Of a DNA stretch of 64,000 nt, positions 9,250 through 18,748 are shown one piece after another. Source of the DNA: Cenarchaeum sp. (GTDB taxonomy: Archaea > Thermoproteota > Nitrososphaeria > Nitrososphaerales > Nitrosopumilaceae); contig OY843584.1 in assembly GCA_963692915.1 (NCBI GenBank), positions 32,001 to 96,000 on the forward strand, in the 5' to 3' direction. The notes below the pieces were generated by a model. That model worked only from the letters and a program-made list of their open reading frames with translations. It was not told the origin of the DNA and searched no databases. Position numbers and translations under genes: made by a program. Numbering within the stretch: position 1 is the stretch's first letter; every line of letters starts with the position of its first letter.

Positions 9250-10061
9250 GCAAACACCACCGATGCATACCCGACAACAGAGTCAGGCGACCCGCCGGCA
9301 TCAGCACTCGTGGCATAGCGCAAGAGGCGCCCGCCGGCAGCATGCATGCGACCCGCGGCGACCATCGCCGCGGCTATGGCGCCATACCCGCACGCGCTTA
9401 TGCGCATGTCCAGGAGCGTCTCGTACATTGCGGACACGTCGAGGCTCTCGATGCGCGCAATTAGGGCCGCGTCCTTTTTGCGTGCACTTGCGTCTGCCTC
9501 ATAGTGCGTGAGGTCAGAGGAGGCGACTATGGCGCCGTCGTGCGCCAGGGCGACGTCAGCGGCAGCCTGCCCGACGGCCTGCGCCGTCTGCTGATCCTGA
9601 TCAGAGAGCGCCACGGGGACGATGCGCAGGCTCTGCCCGAGTGCCTCCTGCAGGAGCGGAACCTGGACCTCGATGCTGTGCTCGCGCGCATGCACGCCGT
9701 CATCGACTGCTATTGGCCCGGCAGCCTCGGCAAGCTCGCGCGCGGCCTCGGCGTCAATGTCAACGTCGCCCAAAGGCGTGCGCCATGATGCGGCCGATGG
9801 CACCGACGCTCCAGTGCCCGTTGACTCGTGCTCCGGCCCAATTACTATTACCGGCCCGCGAGCCCCCGAGTCGCCGATCGCGCGAATTGAGCGGCACGCG
9901 ACGTGCGCCGAGTAGGCGTATCCGGCATGTGGGGAGACGACACACCTCGAGGGCGCGCGTGGGCCGGCATCGCGCGCGCACGCCTCGCGTATTGCGCGCC
10001 TTAGTGGGTCGGCACTGTCAGGATAGAACGCGCCGGCGACTGCCGGCGCACGAACGCTCAT
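9246..10061 (-). CDS. MEMO1 family / AmmeMemoRadiSam protein B
   Basis: RAPAVAGAFYP, SPHAGY-YS, EHSIEVQ-P, ASSDLTHY, SACG and VVGYAS. Confidence 0.92.
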   Translation of the reverse strand: MSVRAPAVAGAFYPDSADPLRRAIREACARDAGPRAPSRCVVSPHAGYAYSAHVACRSIRAIGDSGARGPVIVIGPEHESTGTGASVPSAASWRTPLGDVDIDAEAARELAEAAGPIAVDDGVHAREHSIEVQVPLLQEALGQSLRIVPVALSDQDQQTAQAVGQAAADVALAHDGAIVASSDLTHYEADASARKKDAALIARIESLDVSAMYETLLDMRISACGYGAIAAAMVAAGRMHAAGGRLLRYATSADAGGSPDSVVGYASVVFA

Positions 10062-10726
10062 TCCTCTGATTCGCTGCTCTCGCTGTCCTCGTCGTCGACG
10101 GACATCTTGTCCTCAAAGTCCTCGATGTCGAGATCCATCGAGTGGCGGTTGTCCTCACCGGCGCCGACATCCTCAATGTCGCCGCGGGCCACGAGAACCT
10201 CGCGCGCGAGCATCCAGTATGCGGCCGCGAGTGACTTGCGTCCCCTGTTGTTAGTCGGTATGACAATGTCGATCATCGACGTCACGTTGTCCGTGTTTGC
10301 CATTCCTATGACCGGAATTCCCGCGTTGGTCGCCTCGATGACTGCCTGTGCGTCCACTGACGGGTCAGACACCAGTACGAGTCGAGGCTCGATATAGTGC
10401 GGAAGTGACGGGTTTGTCAGCGTGCCGGGCATGAACCTCCCGAGTATCTTTTTTGCGCCGGTGAGCTCACAGAACCTCTCAACGGGGGTTCGCGTGTGCT
10501 CTCGCGCCGAGCAGACGATGAGCTCGCCGGTTCCGATTCGCGATATCATCTTGCCGGCGGTTCGCAGGCGCGCAATCGTGAGGCCAATGTCAAAATAGTA
10601 CGTGCCGCCTGCGGCCTCTGCGCTCACGTAGCGAACCATGAACTTTGTGCGAACCGGCGTGCCCACGCGCGCACCGGCGGCCTCCATCTTGCCCTCGATC
10701 CCCTGTGCCATGGCCTGTCCGCTCAT
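10058..10726 (-). CDS. rps2: 30S ribosomal protein S2 (uS2)
   Basis: GRFMPGTLTNP, D-QA-x2-EA, IPVI-x3-NTDN and IPTNNRGRKSL. Confidence 0.93.
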   Translation of the reverse strand: MSGQAMAQGIEGKMEAAGARVGTPVRTKFMVRYVSAEAAGGTYYFDIGLTIARLRTAGKMISRIGTGELIVCSAREHTRTPVERFCELTGAKKILGRFMPGTLTNPSLPHYIEPRLVLVSDPSVDAQAVIEATNAGIPVIGMANTDNVTSMIDIVIPTNNRGRKSLAAAYWMLAREVLVARGDIEDVGAGEDNRHSMDLDIEDFEDKMSVDDEDSESSESEE

Positions 10727-11970
10727 TGCTGTGGAGTCGGCTCGGCCATGCCTTGTATTAAACCCTGCTCTGACATGCGCAGGAGCTCGTTGAGCTTTGC
10801 CACGCGCTCGCCGCCGAGTATGCCAGTCTTTAGCATTTTCGAGCGCGTCGCCACGGCTATGTGCGATATGTGCGAATCGACTGACTCGCCGGACCGGTGC
10901 GACGTGACTAGCGCAATGCCCGAGGATGTGGCGACCTTTGCAAACGCTAGCGCGTCGCGCAGCGTTCCGGCCTGGTTCACCTTTAGTATCGCCGCGCTGC
11001 AGGATCGCTCGCGCGCGGCCCTGGTGACCCTCTCGGCGCTAGTCGCAGTCAGGTCGTCACCAGTCACGAGGACGCGCGGGAACCTTGAGGTGAGCTCGGC
11101 CATCTCGCCAAATGCCTCCTCGTGGACGGCATCCTCGGCGTAGACGAGGCTGTACTTTTTGATGAGCGAAGCGGCAAAGTCAACCTGCTCGGACGGCGTG
11201 CGAACCTCACCAGACCTCTCATAGACGTACGCGCCGCGCGCGCCGTCCCACTGTGTAGATGCCGCAAAGTCAACGCCGAGTGCCACGTCGCGCCCCAGCG
11301 TGTGCCCGAGCCTCTCACATGCGCGCGCGGCCACCTCTAGTGCCTCCTCGTTTCCGATCCTCGGTGCCCATCCGCCCTCGTCGCTGCGCCCGCCCGTGAA
11401 CCCGTTGTCGCGCTCACGCAGGACGCGCCCGAGCTCCTTGTGGACGCCGATGTTGGTGGCGATCGCCTCGCGAACATCACGCGCGCCGATGGCGCAGACG
11501 AGGATCTCTTGTATGTCCGGCGTGCCCGGACCGGCATGCGCGCCGCCGCCGAGGACGTTTCCTAGCGGGTACGGCATGCGTGCTGCGCCCTCGCCAATGG
11601 ACTCGTGGAGCTCCACCCCGTCGGCCCGCGCGCCGGCCTCTGCGGCAGCAACGCTTGCCGCATATGCGACTGAGCCACCGATGGCTGACCAGTTTGGCGT
11701 GGGGTCAAGTGTGCGCAGCGCGACGTGGACGGCCTCGGCATCACCGGCGTCAACCCCGTCAAGTGCGCGCGCGCCGGCTGCAAGTAGCCTGACTGACTCG
11801 GATGCGCCTCCGGACGGAAGCGAGACGGCCTCGGCGGCCCCGACGCTTGCGCCAGAGGGCGCGCACGCCCTGCCATGGAACTTGTTGTCTGCAACAATGT
11901 CAACCTCGACGGACTCGGTTCCGCGGCTGTTGTAGATGACCCTACCGACAACCGAGGTTATCTGCACCAA
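10723..11970 (-). CDS. eno: Enolase
   Basis: IYNSRG-x2-SVEVD, APSGAS-G, DEGG, TGDDL, KVNQAGT and SHRSGES. Confidence 0.93.
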   Translation of the reverse strand: MVQITSVVGRVIYNSRGTESVEVDIVADNKFHGRACAPSGASVGAAEAVSLPSGGASESVRLLAAGARALDGVDAGDAEAVHVALRTLDPTPNWSAIGGSVAYAASVAAAEAGARADGVELHESIGEGAARMPYPLGNVLGGGAHAGPGTPDIQEILVCAIGARDVREAIATNIGVHKELGRVLRERDNGFTGGRSDEGGWAPRIGNEEALEVAARACERLGHTLGRDVALGVDFAASTQWDGARGAYVYERSGEVRTPSEQVDFAASLIKKYSLVYAEDAVHEEAFGEMAELTSRFPRVLVTGDDLTATSAERVTRAARERSCSAAILKVNQAGTLRDALAFAKVATSSGIALVTSHRSGESVDSHISHIAVATRSKMLKTGILGGERVAKLNELLRMSEQGLIQGMAEPTPQQ

Positions 11971-11971
11971 C

Positions 11972-12208
11972 CTACTCTAGCTCGGCTTTTACCTCGAGGT
12001 TCCGCCTGTGGGTTGCCTCCTGGAAAGGTATTATCTGCTTGATCGTCTCGACTGTGGTGAGGAGCATCCTGCGGCAGCAGTAGCGCCTCATGCCTAGCGC
12101 ATCGAGGGCAGTTGCCGGATCCTCGCCATCCTTTACGGCCTGCTGAAAGTCAGCATACCGGTCGGATATGACATTTCCGCACGTAAAGCACCTAACGGGC
12201 ACTAGCAC
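11972..12208 (-). CDS. rpoN: DNA-directed RNA polymerase subunit N (Rpo10)
   Basis: MLVPVRCFTCG...RYCCRRMLL. Confidence 0.96.
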   Translation of the reverse strand: MLVPVRCFTCGNVISDRYADFQQAVKDGEDPATALDALGMRRYCCRRMLLTTVETIKQIIPFQEATHRRNLEVKAELE

Positions 12209-12258
12209 GGGGTGCGCGGGGGCTCAAGGATTATAAAAACCCTGCAAGGCGACACCGT

Positions 12259-12346
12259 GCGGGTGTAGCCAAGCCTGGCCAACGGTGCTAGCTTGAGGGG
12301 TTAGTCTCTCAGGAGTTCGTGGGTTCGAATCCCATCGCCCGCACCA
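12259..12346 (+). tRNA. tRNA-Leu(GAG)
   Basis: Acceptor GCGGGTG/CGCCCGC-ACCA, anticodon arm CTAGC-TTGAGGG-GTTAG, long variable arm, GGTTCGAATCC T-loop. TTATAA box upstream. Confidence 0.95.
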
Positions 12347-12351
12347 ATGAC

Positions 12352-12975
12352 TCAAGATGTGTCGCCTGCCGTGGCGTCTAGCCTCCTCTCGAGGCGGGCC
12401 CGCGCCGAGGCCTCTGTGACGGCAAGGCGCGCGCGCTCTATGAGCTCCCTGTTGACGTCGAGCTTGCGGCGCGCCTCCTTTAGAACCTTGTCGTATGCTG
12501 CCATGGGGTATAGCATGTCATACAGGCCGCCCATAACGTCAAACATGCGCTCGGCGCCTGCAGTGTCCCCGGCGCGTATGCGGTCTAGAACCTGCCGCTT
12601 TAGCTCGCCGATGCAGTCGAGTAGGCCGAGCACGTATGACGTGCCGGCCACGGAGATCGACGATGGTGTCGGGACGTCCTCATCAGAGACTATGGCGATT
12701 AGCGCAAGTGCCTCGACTAGCTCTTGCTCGGCTATGGCGATATTATAGTGCAGACGCGCCGGTGCGCCCTCCCTGAGCTCATCGAGGCGCTTCTTGGCAT
12801 CGTCGGCAAGCCTGGCAGCAGCCGCAATGTCTCCGGCATGAACCGTGATTATGGACCTAGAGCAGAGGGAGATAATATCGCGTGAGCCCTTTATGAGGCG
12901 CTCGCGGTCGGTGCGCGCTGACTCTAGTGACTCTGCGATCTCCCCGACTGACCTTTTGGCCTCCTCAAGCCCCAT
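12352..12975 (-). CDS. Translin/Trax-like RNA-binding protein
   Basis: RE-x3-K-SRDI, QELVEA, YVLGLLDCIGELKR and RRKLDV. Confidence 0.8.
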   Translation of the reverse strand: MGLEEAKRSVGEIAESLESARTDRERLIKGSRDIISLCSRSIITVHAGDIAAAARLADDAKKRLDELREGAPARLHYNIAIAEQELVEALALIAIVSDEDVPTPSSISVAGTSYVLGLLDCIGELKRQVLDRIRAGDTAGAERMFDVMGGLYDMLYPMAAYDKVLKEARRKLDVNRELIERARLAVTEASARARLERRLDATAGDTS

Positions 12976-13186
12976 GCGCGCGCACCGCCACGAACCGCAT
13001 TAAATCCCTTTGTGCGCGTGCTGAGCGCCAGGAAGGCACCACCTGCGCAGCACGTTGCGTGTGCCCGTTGGTGCTCCCCGAGCTTGGGGGGTTGTGGTAT
13101 GCCATGTGTGGCTCGCCGAGATCGCGCCAACTCTTAAAACATCGACGTGGGGAGATACGTGCTCGAGTCCACGACACCCAATATGA

Positions 13187-13615
13187 TCACTGCTGGGCAT
13201 ACTGGCTTGCGTTCTGTATGACTGTGTTTGACAGGCGGTTAATTGCGTATATTCTGTCTCCCGCATCGTTATACAATGCGGTTCGAGATATCGTGACTAG
13301 ATTTATGTGGTGTTTGATTTTTGTGCCATCGCTCAAAATATAGTCATTGTTGTCATTAGACAGTGTTGTATACCTAACATCTTGCTGTTCGATAGACTTG
13401 AGAATTGTGTCAGGTGAATGTGGTTGGGCAACTGGGGAGCCTTTGAGCTTTGGATCACATATTATAACATTGATGTTATGGACATTTATGTGATATTTAG
13501 GAACATCATCGACTATCCGTCGACGAACATCAATGAGGATATCACGTGCTCTCAGCGTGGAGCCGTCTGTCAGCTGATACGTACACCAGGGTTCCTTGAT
13601 GACGTCAAAATCCAT
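13187..13615 (-). CDS. Hypothetical protein with an internally duplicated domain
   Basis: FDVIKEPWCTYQLTDGSTLRARDIL aligns with YTTLSNDNNDYILSDGTKIKHHINL. AT-rich relative to the host. Confidence 0.65.
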   Translation of the reverse strand: MDFDVIKEPWCTYQLTDGSTLRARDILIDVRRRIVDDVPKYHINVHNINVIICDPKLKGSPVAQPHSPDTILKSIEQQDVRYTTLSNDNNDYILSDGTKIKHHINLVTISRTALYNDAGDRIYAINRLSNTVIQNASQYAQQ

Positions 13616-13634
13616 TGATGTGGAGCCGGCTAGG

Positions 13635-13817
13635 CTATTCGGACTGGGCGCCAATACGCATCGTGTCCTCTGGCATTTGGTTAAATTGGGTAACACAGAC
13701 GATCTCGTGGTTCGTCGTGTGTGGAACCCCTGAAATCATTGGCTCGGCACGAGTGCATAGCATCCATATTCTGCGTCTTTGTGTGAATGACACACTTCGT
13801 GTCTCGATCGCCGTCAT
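13635..13817 (-). CDS. Small hypothetical protein (60 aa)
   Basis: TATA-like TTATATTTT about 25 bp upstream on the minus strand. Ends 19 bp before the next same-strand gene. Confidence 0.35.
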   Translation of the reverse strand: MTAIETRSVSFTQRRRIWMLCTRAEPMISGVPHTTNHEIVCVTQFNQMPEDTMRIGAQSE

Positions 13818-14026
13818 GGTCTAACGGCCTTGAGGCTAAAATATAACAGTTTGCGCCGATCCTAGGCATGAGGTCAGCGCCCCTGCCCATTTGGTCAAAT
13901 AGGCGCGATCCTACCGATCCATTTGCTGTGCGGCCGCGGCCAGGCGGGCCATGGGAAAGAGCGTGACCGAGGAGGTCATGCGTGCGGTCTAGGTGCTTAC
14001 CTCATACCAGAATAGTCTCTCTGTTT

Positions 14027-14455
14027 TTATTTATGGGTGGTTCGCTCATGCTGAAATCCAAGAATCCTCAATATTGCGTCGAGTTTGCCTTTGCCCCAAT
14101 CTTTCTTATCGGACTCCCCAAACATCGTGTCAACAAATGTGAAATCAGGATCGTCTGGGGCAGCAGAATTGCCTTTGCCCCAATCTTTCTTATCGGACTC
14201 CCCAAACATCGTGTCAACAAATGTGAAATCAGGATCGTCTGGGGCAGCAGAATTGCCTTTGCCCCAATCTTTCTTATCGGACTCCCCAAACATCGTGTCA
14301 ACAAATGTGAAATCAGGATCGTCTGGGGCAGCAGAATTGCCTTTGCCCCAATCTTTCTTATCGGACTCCCCAAACATCACATCCACAAGTGTGAAATCAG
14401 GATAGTCTGAGGCATCAGAATAGGCTCTCGCCGTCTTTTTATCCTCTGTGGTCAT
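14027..14455 (-). CDS. Repeat-built orphan protein (four 28-aa units)
   Basis: MTTEDKK... then repeated DPDFTFVDTMFGESDKKDWGKGNSAAPD. TTTTAATAT box about 25 bp upstream of ATG 14455. Confidence 0.55.
   Translation of the reverse strand: MTTEDKKTARAYSDASDYPDFTLVDVMFGESDKKDWGKGNSAAPDDPDFTFVDTMFGESDKKDWGKGNSAAPDDPDFTFVDTMFGESDKKDWGKGNSAAPDDPDFTFVDTMFGESDKKDWGKGKLDAILRILGFQHERTTHK
14085..14420. repeat. 84-bp tandem repeat, four copies (three identical, one diverged)
   Basis: Units start with TTGCCTTTGCCCCAATCTTTC at 14085, 14169, 14253 and 14337. No spacers. Confidence 0.95.
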
Positions 14456-14595
14456 GGCACAACCGATCACGGCTCTCATATTAAAATCTTGGATGGCGAG
14501 GCCAAAAATCCCCTTCGGCGAGCCCCATGGCATGCGCAAATGATCTGAATTGCGCCCCAACGCTCTTATCATCTCTGGCCGCGCGCCGCCCCAAG

Positions 14596-15237
14596 ATGGG
14601 AATAACCGTCGAGCAGATGATGCGCATAGAGGAGAACGGCCACGCGATGGGGTTTCACAAGCGGTTTATGATGGAGAATGCCGGCGCGGCCGCAGTTAGG
14701 CGGCTCGTTGAGGCCATGGGCGATGTCGCATCAAGAAAGGTTCTCGTCATTGCCGGAACGGGCAACAATGGCGGCGACGGGATGGTCATGGCAAGGCACC
14801 TCGCCGGCCTGGGCGCGCGCATCGGCCTTGCGCTGCTCGGTGATGCGTCATCGCTGCGAACCGAGGAGACGCGCTGGAACTGGGACATCCTCTCAAAGGT
14901 GCCATCCGTTGAGATCATCGACGACTATGCGAAGTTTGAAAACGCCGAGATAGTCATTGACGCGATACTCGGAACCGGCGTGTCCGGAAGCCCACGCGAG
15001 CCGCACGCCTCGGCAATATCGTTTGTCAACGCATCAAGCGCGTTCACGCTCTCTGTTGACGTGCCCTCCGGCCTTGATGCGACGACTGGCAAGGCTGCTG
15101 CCGAGTGCGTGCGAGCAGACATGACAGTCACGTTCCACAGGGCAAAGTCTGGCATGGAGGGGCGCGCTGACGTGTGCGGCAAGACGTTCGTCGAGAGGAT
15201 TGGCATACCGCCAGAGGCAGAGGCCGGCGTGCTGTGA
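14596..15237 (+). CDS. nnrE: NAD(P)H-hydrate epimerase (YjeF N-terminal)
   Basis: MMENAG, GTGNNGGDG-V-ARHL, DAILGTG, SVDVPSG and TVTFH-x2-K. Confidence 0.92.
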   Translation: MGITVEQMMRIEENGHAMGFHKRFMMENAGAAAVRRLVEAMGDVASRKVLVIAGTGNNGGDGMVMARHLAGLGARIGLALLGDASSLRTEETRWNWDILSKVPSVEIIDDYAKFENAEIVIDAILGTGVSGSPREPHASAISFVNASSAFTLSVDVPSGLDATTGKAAAECVRADMTVTFHRAKSGMEGRADVCGKTFVERIGIPPEAEAGVL

Positions 15238-15845
15238 TCGTCGAGCAGGTTCCTGTGGGTTCTATGGCAAACTTTACCTATGTCGTGCATGACGAAAAGA
15301 CGCGCGAGGGCATTATAGTGGATCCGTCGTGGGATCTCGACAGGGTCGACTCTGTCGTGCGCGACGGCCGCATACACATCGGCCTCATCGTCAACACGCA
15401 CCACCACTTTGACCACACGACTGGCAACGAGGAGATGGCCAAAATGACTGGCGCGCCGATAGCGCAGCACGCCGAGTCAGAGCTCGCCCACTCGCGCACG
15501 CTGCGCGACGGCGACACGGTATCGTTTGGAGAGTCGTCATTGCGGGTTCTCCACACGCCGGGCCACTCGCGCGACAGCATATGCCTTTTGGGTGACGGCA
15601 AGCTCTTGTCAGGTGACACGCTATTTGTCGGCAGTTGCGGCAGGGTGGACCTGCCGGGCGGTAGTGCGCGCGAGCTCTATGCTAGCCTCTTTGGCGTGAT
15701 ATGCGCACTCGATGACGCAATCGAGGTGTATCCGGGCCACAACTATGGGAGCTCGCCGACATCTACCATTGGGCGCGAGAGGGGCACAAACCCCGTCCTG
15801 CAGCCGCGCAGCGAGGACGAGTTTGTGATGATGCTCGGCGGATAG
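15234..15845 (+). CDS. MBL-fold hydrolase (glyoxalase II-like)
   Basis: THHHFDH, HTPGHS, SGDTLF and YPGH. GTG start overlaps the upstream stop. Confidence 0.9.
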   Translation: MIVEQVPVGSMANFTYVVHDEKTREGIIVDPSWDLDRVDSVVRDGRIHIGLIVNTHHHFDHTTGNEEMAKMTGAPIAQHAESELAHSRTLRDGDTVSFGESSLRVLHTPGHSRDSICLLGDGKLLSGDTLFVGSCGRVDLPGGSARELYASLFGVICALDDAIEVYPGHNYGSSPTSTIGRERGTNPVLQPRSEDEFVMMLGG

Positions 15846-15849
15846 CGCG

Positions 15850-16917
15850 TTGGACGCAATTGACTTTATCGGTGATGCCGACGCGGCGCGCTCGCTCTCG
15901 CGCGAGCTAGGCGGCGACTCGCGAATGCTCTTCTCGCTTGTCATGTCGCACACGCGCACGTGCGAGACGCCGGGAATATCGGCTGCCGGCGCCTCAAAGG
16001 AGGCAATGACACTCACGCCTGCAGCCGACGCCGAGTATGTGCGCTATGGCCGATGCAAGTCGATAAAGGGCGTGCCCATGGCTCCCGGCGGCCTGCCAAC
16101 GCCGGCGCTCCTCACGCGTGCGGCACTAGAGGCTGCGCGCATACCGTCAATGGCGATCAGCGCCGGATGCGCCAAGCCGCCCGAGATGCCCCACATCGAG
16201 ACGGGCCTGCCAGTCGGAGAGGACATTGCGACGCGTTCGGCAATGTCTGCAAAGTCCGTCGAGCTTGCGCTGCGGCGCGGCCATGACGCCGGCCGCCACG
16301 CCACCGAGGTCGCCGACTGTGTCATAATCGGCGAGAGCGTGCCGGGCGGGACGACGACTGCGCTTGGCGTCATGCGCGCCCTGGGCTCACCGGCGCGCGT
16401 CAGCTCTAGCATGAGGGAGAATCCGGTTGAGCTCAAGGAGCGTGCCGTCTCGGCGGCCCTTGCGCGCCTTGGGGACTCACATGATGCGCGCGACGCTGTC
16501 CGCGAGGCCGGCGACCCAATGCTTGCCTTTGTGTGCTCGATGGCAGCAGCCGCCTCGCGCTCCTCGCACGTTCTCCTTGCAGGCGGCACGCAGATGCTCG
16601 CAGCACTAATGCTCTCGCGAAGGATCTGCAGTCCGCGTGATGGGGCGATCGCACTGGCCACGACGAGCTATGTCATCCAGGACGCCTCGGCGAACTTTGC
16701 CGAGATTGCGCAACTCGAGTCGATTCCGGCAATATGCATAGACCCCGGCCTTGCCTCCTCGCAAGTCGACGGCCTGAGCGCGTTTGCCAACGGCCACGCA
16801 AAGGAGGGCGTCGGTGCCGGCGGCGCGATGGCCGCTGCCGTCATGGGCCGTGGCGTGGATGCGGGCTCTATTTGCTCACTTGCCGAGGCCGAGTATGCGC
16901 GTGCTATCTCACGGTGA
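15850..16917 (+). CDS. cobT: Archaeal nicotinate-nucleotide--dimethylbenzimidazole phosphoribosyltransferase (CobT-like)
   Basis: GISAAG, TPAADAE, PTPALLT, GESVPGGTTTA, LAGGTQM and KEGVGAGG. Confidence 0.85.
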   Translation: MDAIDFIGDADAARSLSRELGGDSRMLFSLVMSHTRTCETPGISAAGASKEAMTLTPAADAEYVRYGRCKSIKGVPMAPGGLPTPALLTRAALEAARIPSMAISAGCAKPPEMPHIETGLPVGEDIATRSAMSAKSVELALRRGHDAGRHATEVADCVIIGESVPGGTTTALGVMRALGSPARVSSSMRENPVELKERAVSAALARLGDSHDARDAVREAGDPMLAFVCSMAAAASRSSHVLLAGGTQMLAALMLSRRICSPRDGAIALATTSYVIQDASANFAEIAQLESIPAICIDPGLASSQVDGLSAFANGHAKEGVGAGGAMAAAVMGRGVDAGSICSLAEAEYARAISR

Positions 16918-18652
16918 CTGACTTTGCGAGGTTTCTCGGGTGGTCGGGATCCGTGTCGCGCTCGAGCGCAGTATAGTATGCGACAAGCTGCGCGGGGATG
17001 ATTCCTATGATCGGGTATATCCACTCGGCGCACTCGGGAATGCCAATCCACTCGTCATACTCGTCGGCATCATGCGTGTCTATTCCGATCGTGCGCCCGC
17101 CGCGCGCGCGTATCTTGGCAGCGTCGGCCAACGCGTCATCGTGCGTTGGCCCCGGCGGATTTATGACGATGACGCGCGAGTCCTCGCCGAGGAGCGCGAG
17201 CGGGCCATGCTTTAGCTCCCCGCCGGGCATGGCCTCGGCATGTATGTATGCGAGCTCTTTTAGCTTCAAGGCAGCCTCGGAGGCGATCGCATAGTGGATG
17301 CCACGCCCGAGCACATACACGTCACTGACGTCGCGCAGTTCGGCTGCGATTGCCCTGGCCTGCGACTCGCAGCGCAGCGCCTCGGCCATTGCGCCTGAGA
17401 CGGCTCCAATGTCCACGCGCGGCCCGCCGAGGGCCGCTGCTATCCTGTAGAGCGCGGCAAGCTGTGACGTAAAGCTCTTTGTTGCAGCAACGCCGATCTC
17501 CGGCCCACAGTCCATCCTGACCGTGCGCGATGACTCGCGCGCAAGGGACGAGGACGGGTGGTTGACAAGCGAGATGACCCCGAGGCCTGCGTCGCTTGCA
17601 AGGCGTGCGGCCTCTAGAATGTCAGCACTCTCGCCGCTCTGCGATATGGCAAGCATTACGCCGCCGGAGAGCGAGGTCGCATGGACGGGAAACTCGCTGG
17701 CCACGATCACCTCTGCCCTTATGCGCGCATGGCTTGAGAGGATGTGCTTTGCGACTAGTGCGGCATTGTGGCTCGTTCCGCTGCCCACAATGTAGACGGT
17801 TCCGGCCTCGCGAAGCGCTGCTGCTGCGGCCTCGATGGAGGCCTCATCCCCGCCTGCGCCCATTATGGCCTCTGGCTGCTCTGATATCTCCTTTAGCGTA
17901 TAGTGCGCATAGTCCCCCTTGTATATGCCGGCAAGCTCGCGCGAGACCTTTGTCACGCGCATCTCCACGGCGTTGCCATCAGCATCGTAGACGGTTGGCC
18001 CATCGCCGTCTATCACGACAAAGTTTCCGTCGCCGACGTAAATCGCATCATCAGTATACTCCACAAACCCAAGCACGTCACTTGCCACATAGTGCTCGCC
18101 ATCGCCCACGCCAATGATGAGCGGCTCGTGCATCCTTGCGGCCACAATCGTGCCGTCATCAAATATTGCGGCAAATGTATAGTGTCCCTTGAGCGTGGCC
18201 ACGGTTCGCATGATTGCCCCCTTGGCCCCGCCCTCGCCGTCAAGCTCGGACTCGAGGAGGTTTGCGATGACCTCGCTGTCCGTCTCGCTCTTGAACGTAA
18301 ACCCCCGCGAGCGCAGCGACTCCCTTAACTGCGCAAAGTTGTCTATGGAGCCATTGTGGACTATGGCGACGCGTCCGCCGCTTGATGCGTGCGGATGCGC
18401 ATTAGTGTCAGTTGCTGCCCCCTGCGTTGCCCATCTTGTGTGGCCCACACCGGCGTTGCCTGGAAGCTCGTCTAGGCGCAGCGACACGTTGACGCCGTCG
18501 ACCCTGCCGACGCCCTTTCTGACGAGTATCTCCCCGCCCGAGCCAGTCGCCACACCCACACTGTCATACCCGCGATACTCCATGCGGCGCAGGCCGCCGA
18601 CTAGGACACGCGCGGCGGCGCGACTGCCACTGTAGCCTATTATCGAGCACAC
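16904..18652 (-). CDS. glmS: Glutamine--fructose-6-phosphate aminotransferase
   Basis: GTG start gives the N-terminal catalytic Cys (CSIIG). EYRGYDS, GHTRWAT, SQSGE, ELKHGP and PRNLAKSVTV. Confidence 0.95.
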   Translation of the reverse strand: MCSIIGYSGSRAAARVLVGGLRRMEYRGYDSVGVATGSGGEILVRKGVGRVDGVNVSLRLDELPGNAGVGHTRWATQGAATDTNAHPHASSGGRVAIVHNGSIDNFAQLRESLRSRGFTFKSETDSEVIANLLESELDGEGGAKGAIMRTVATLKGHYTFAAIFDDGTIVAARMHEPLIIGVGDGEHYVASDVLGFVEYTDDAIYVGDGNFVVIDGDGPTVYDADGNAVEMRVTKVSRELAGIYKGDYAHYTLKEISEQPEAIMGAGGDEASIEAAAAALREAGTVYIVGSGTSHNAALVAKHILSSHARIRAEVIVASEFPVHATSLSGGVMLAISQSGESADILEAARLASDAGLGVISLVNHPSSSLARESSRTVRMDCGPEIGVAATKSFTSQLAALYRIAAALGGPRVDIGAVSGAMAEALRCESQARAIAAELRDVSDVYVLGRGIHYAIASEAALKLKELAYIHAEAMPGGELKHGPLALLGEDSRVIVINPPGPTHDDALADAAKIRARGGRTIGIDTHDADEYDEWIGIPECAEWIYPIIGIIPAQLVAYYTALERDTDPDHPRNLAKSVTVR

Positions 18653-18748
18653 GTGCGCTGCGGCGCGAGCCACGCCGTTAAGTGTATTTGCGCACTAGAC
18701 GGCTCGCCATGTGCGCAATCGCGCACCAGAATGTGCCTAGAATGCCTG

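Noticed and set aside
14085-14420. 84-bp array as a CRISPR or guide-RNA array
   Set aside because: The units are contiguous and identical with no unique spacers, the period is a multiple of three, and no cas or other effector gene is nearby.
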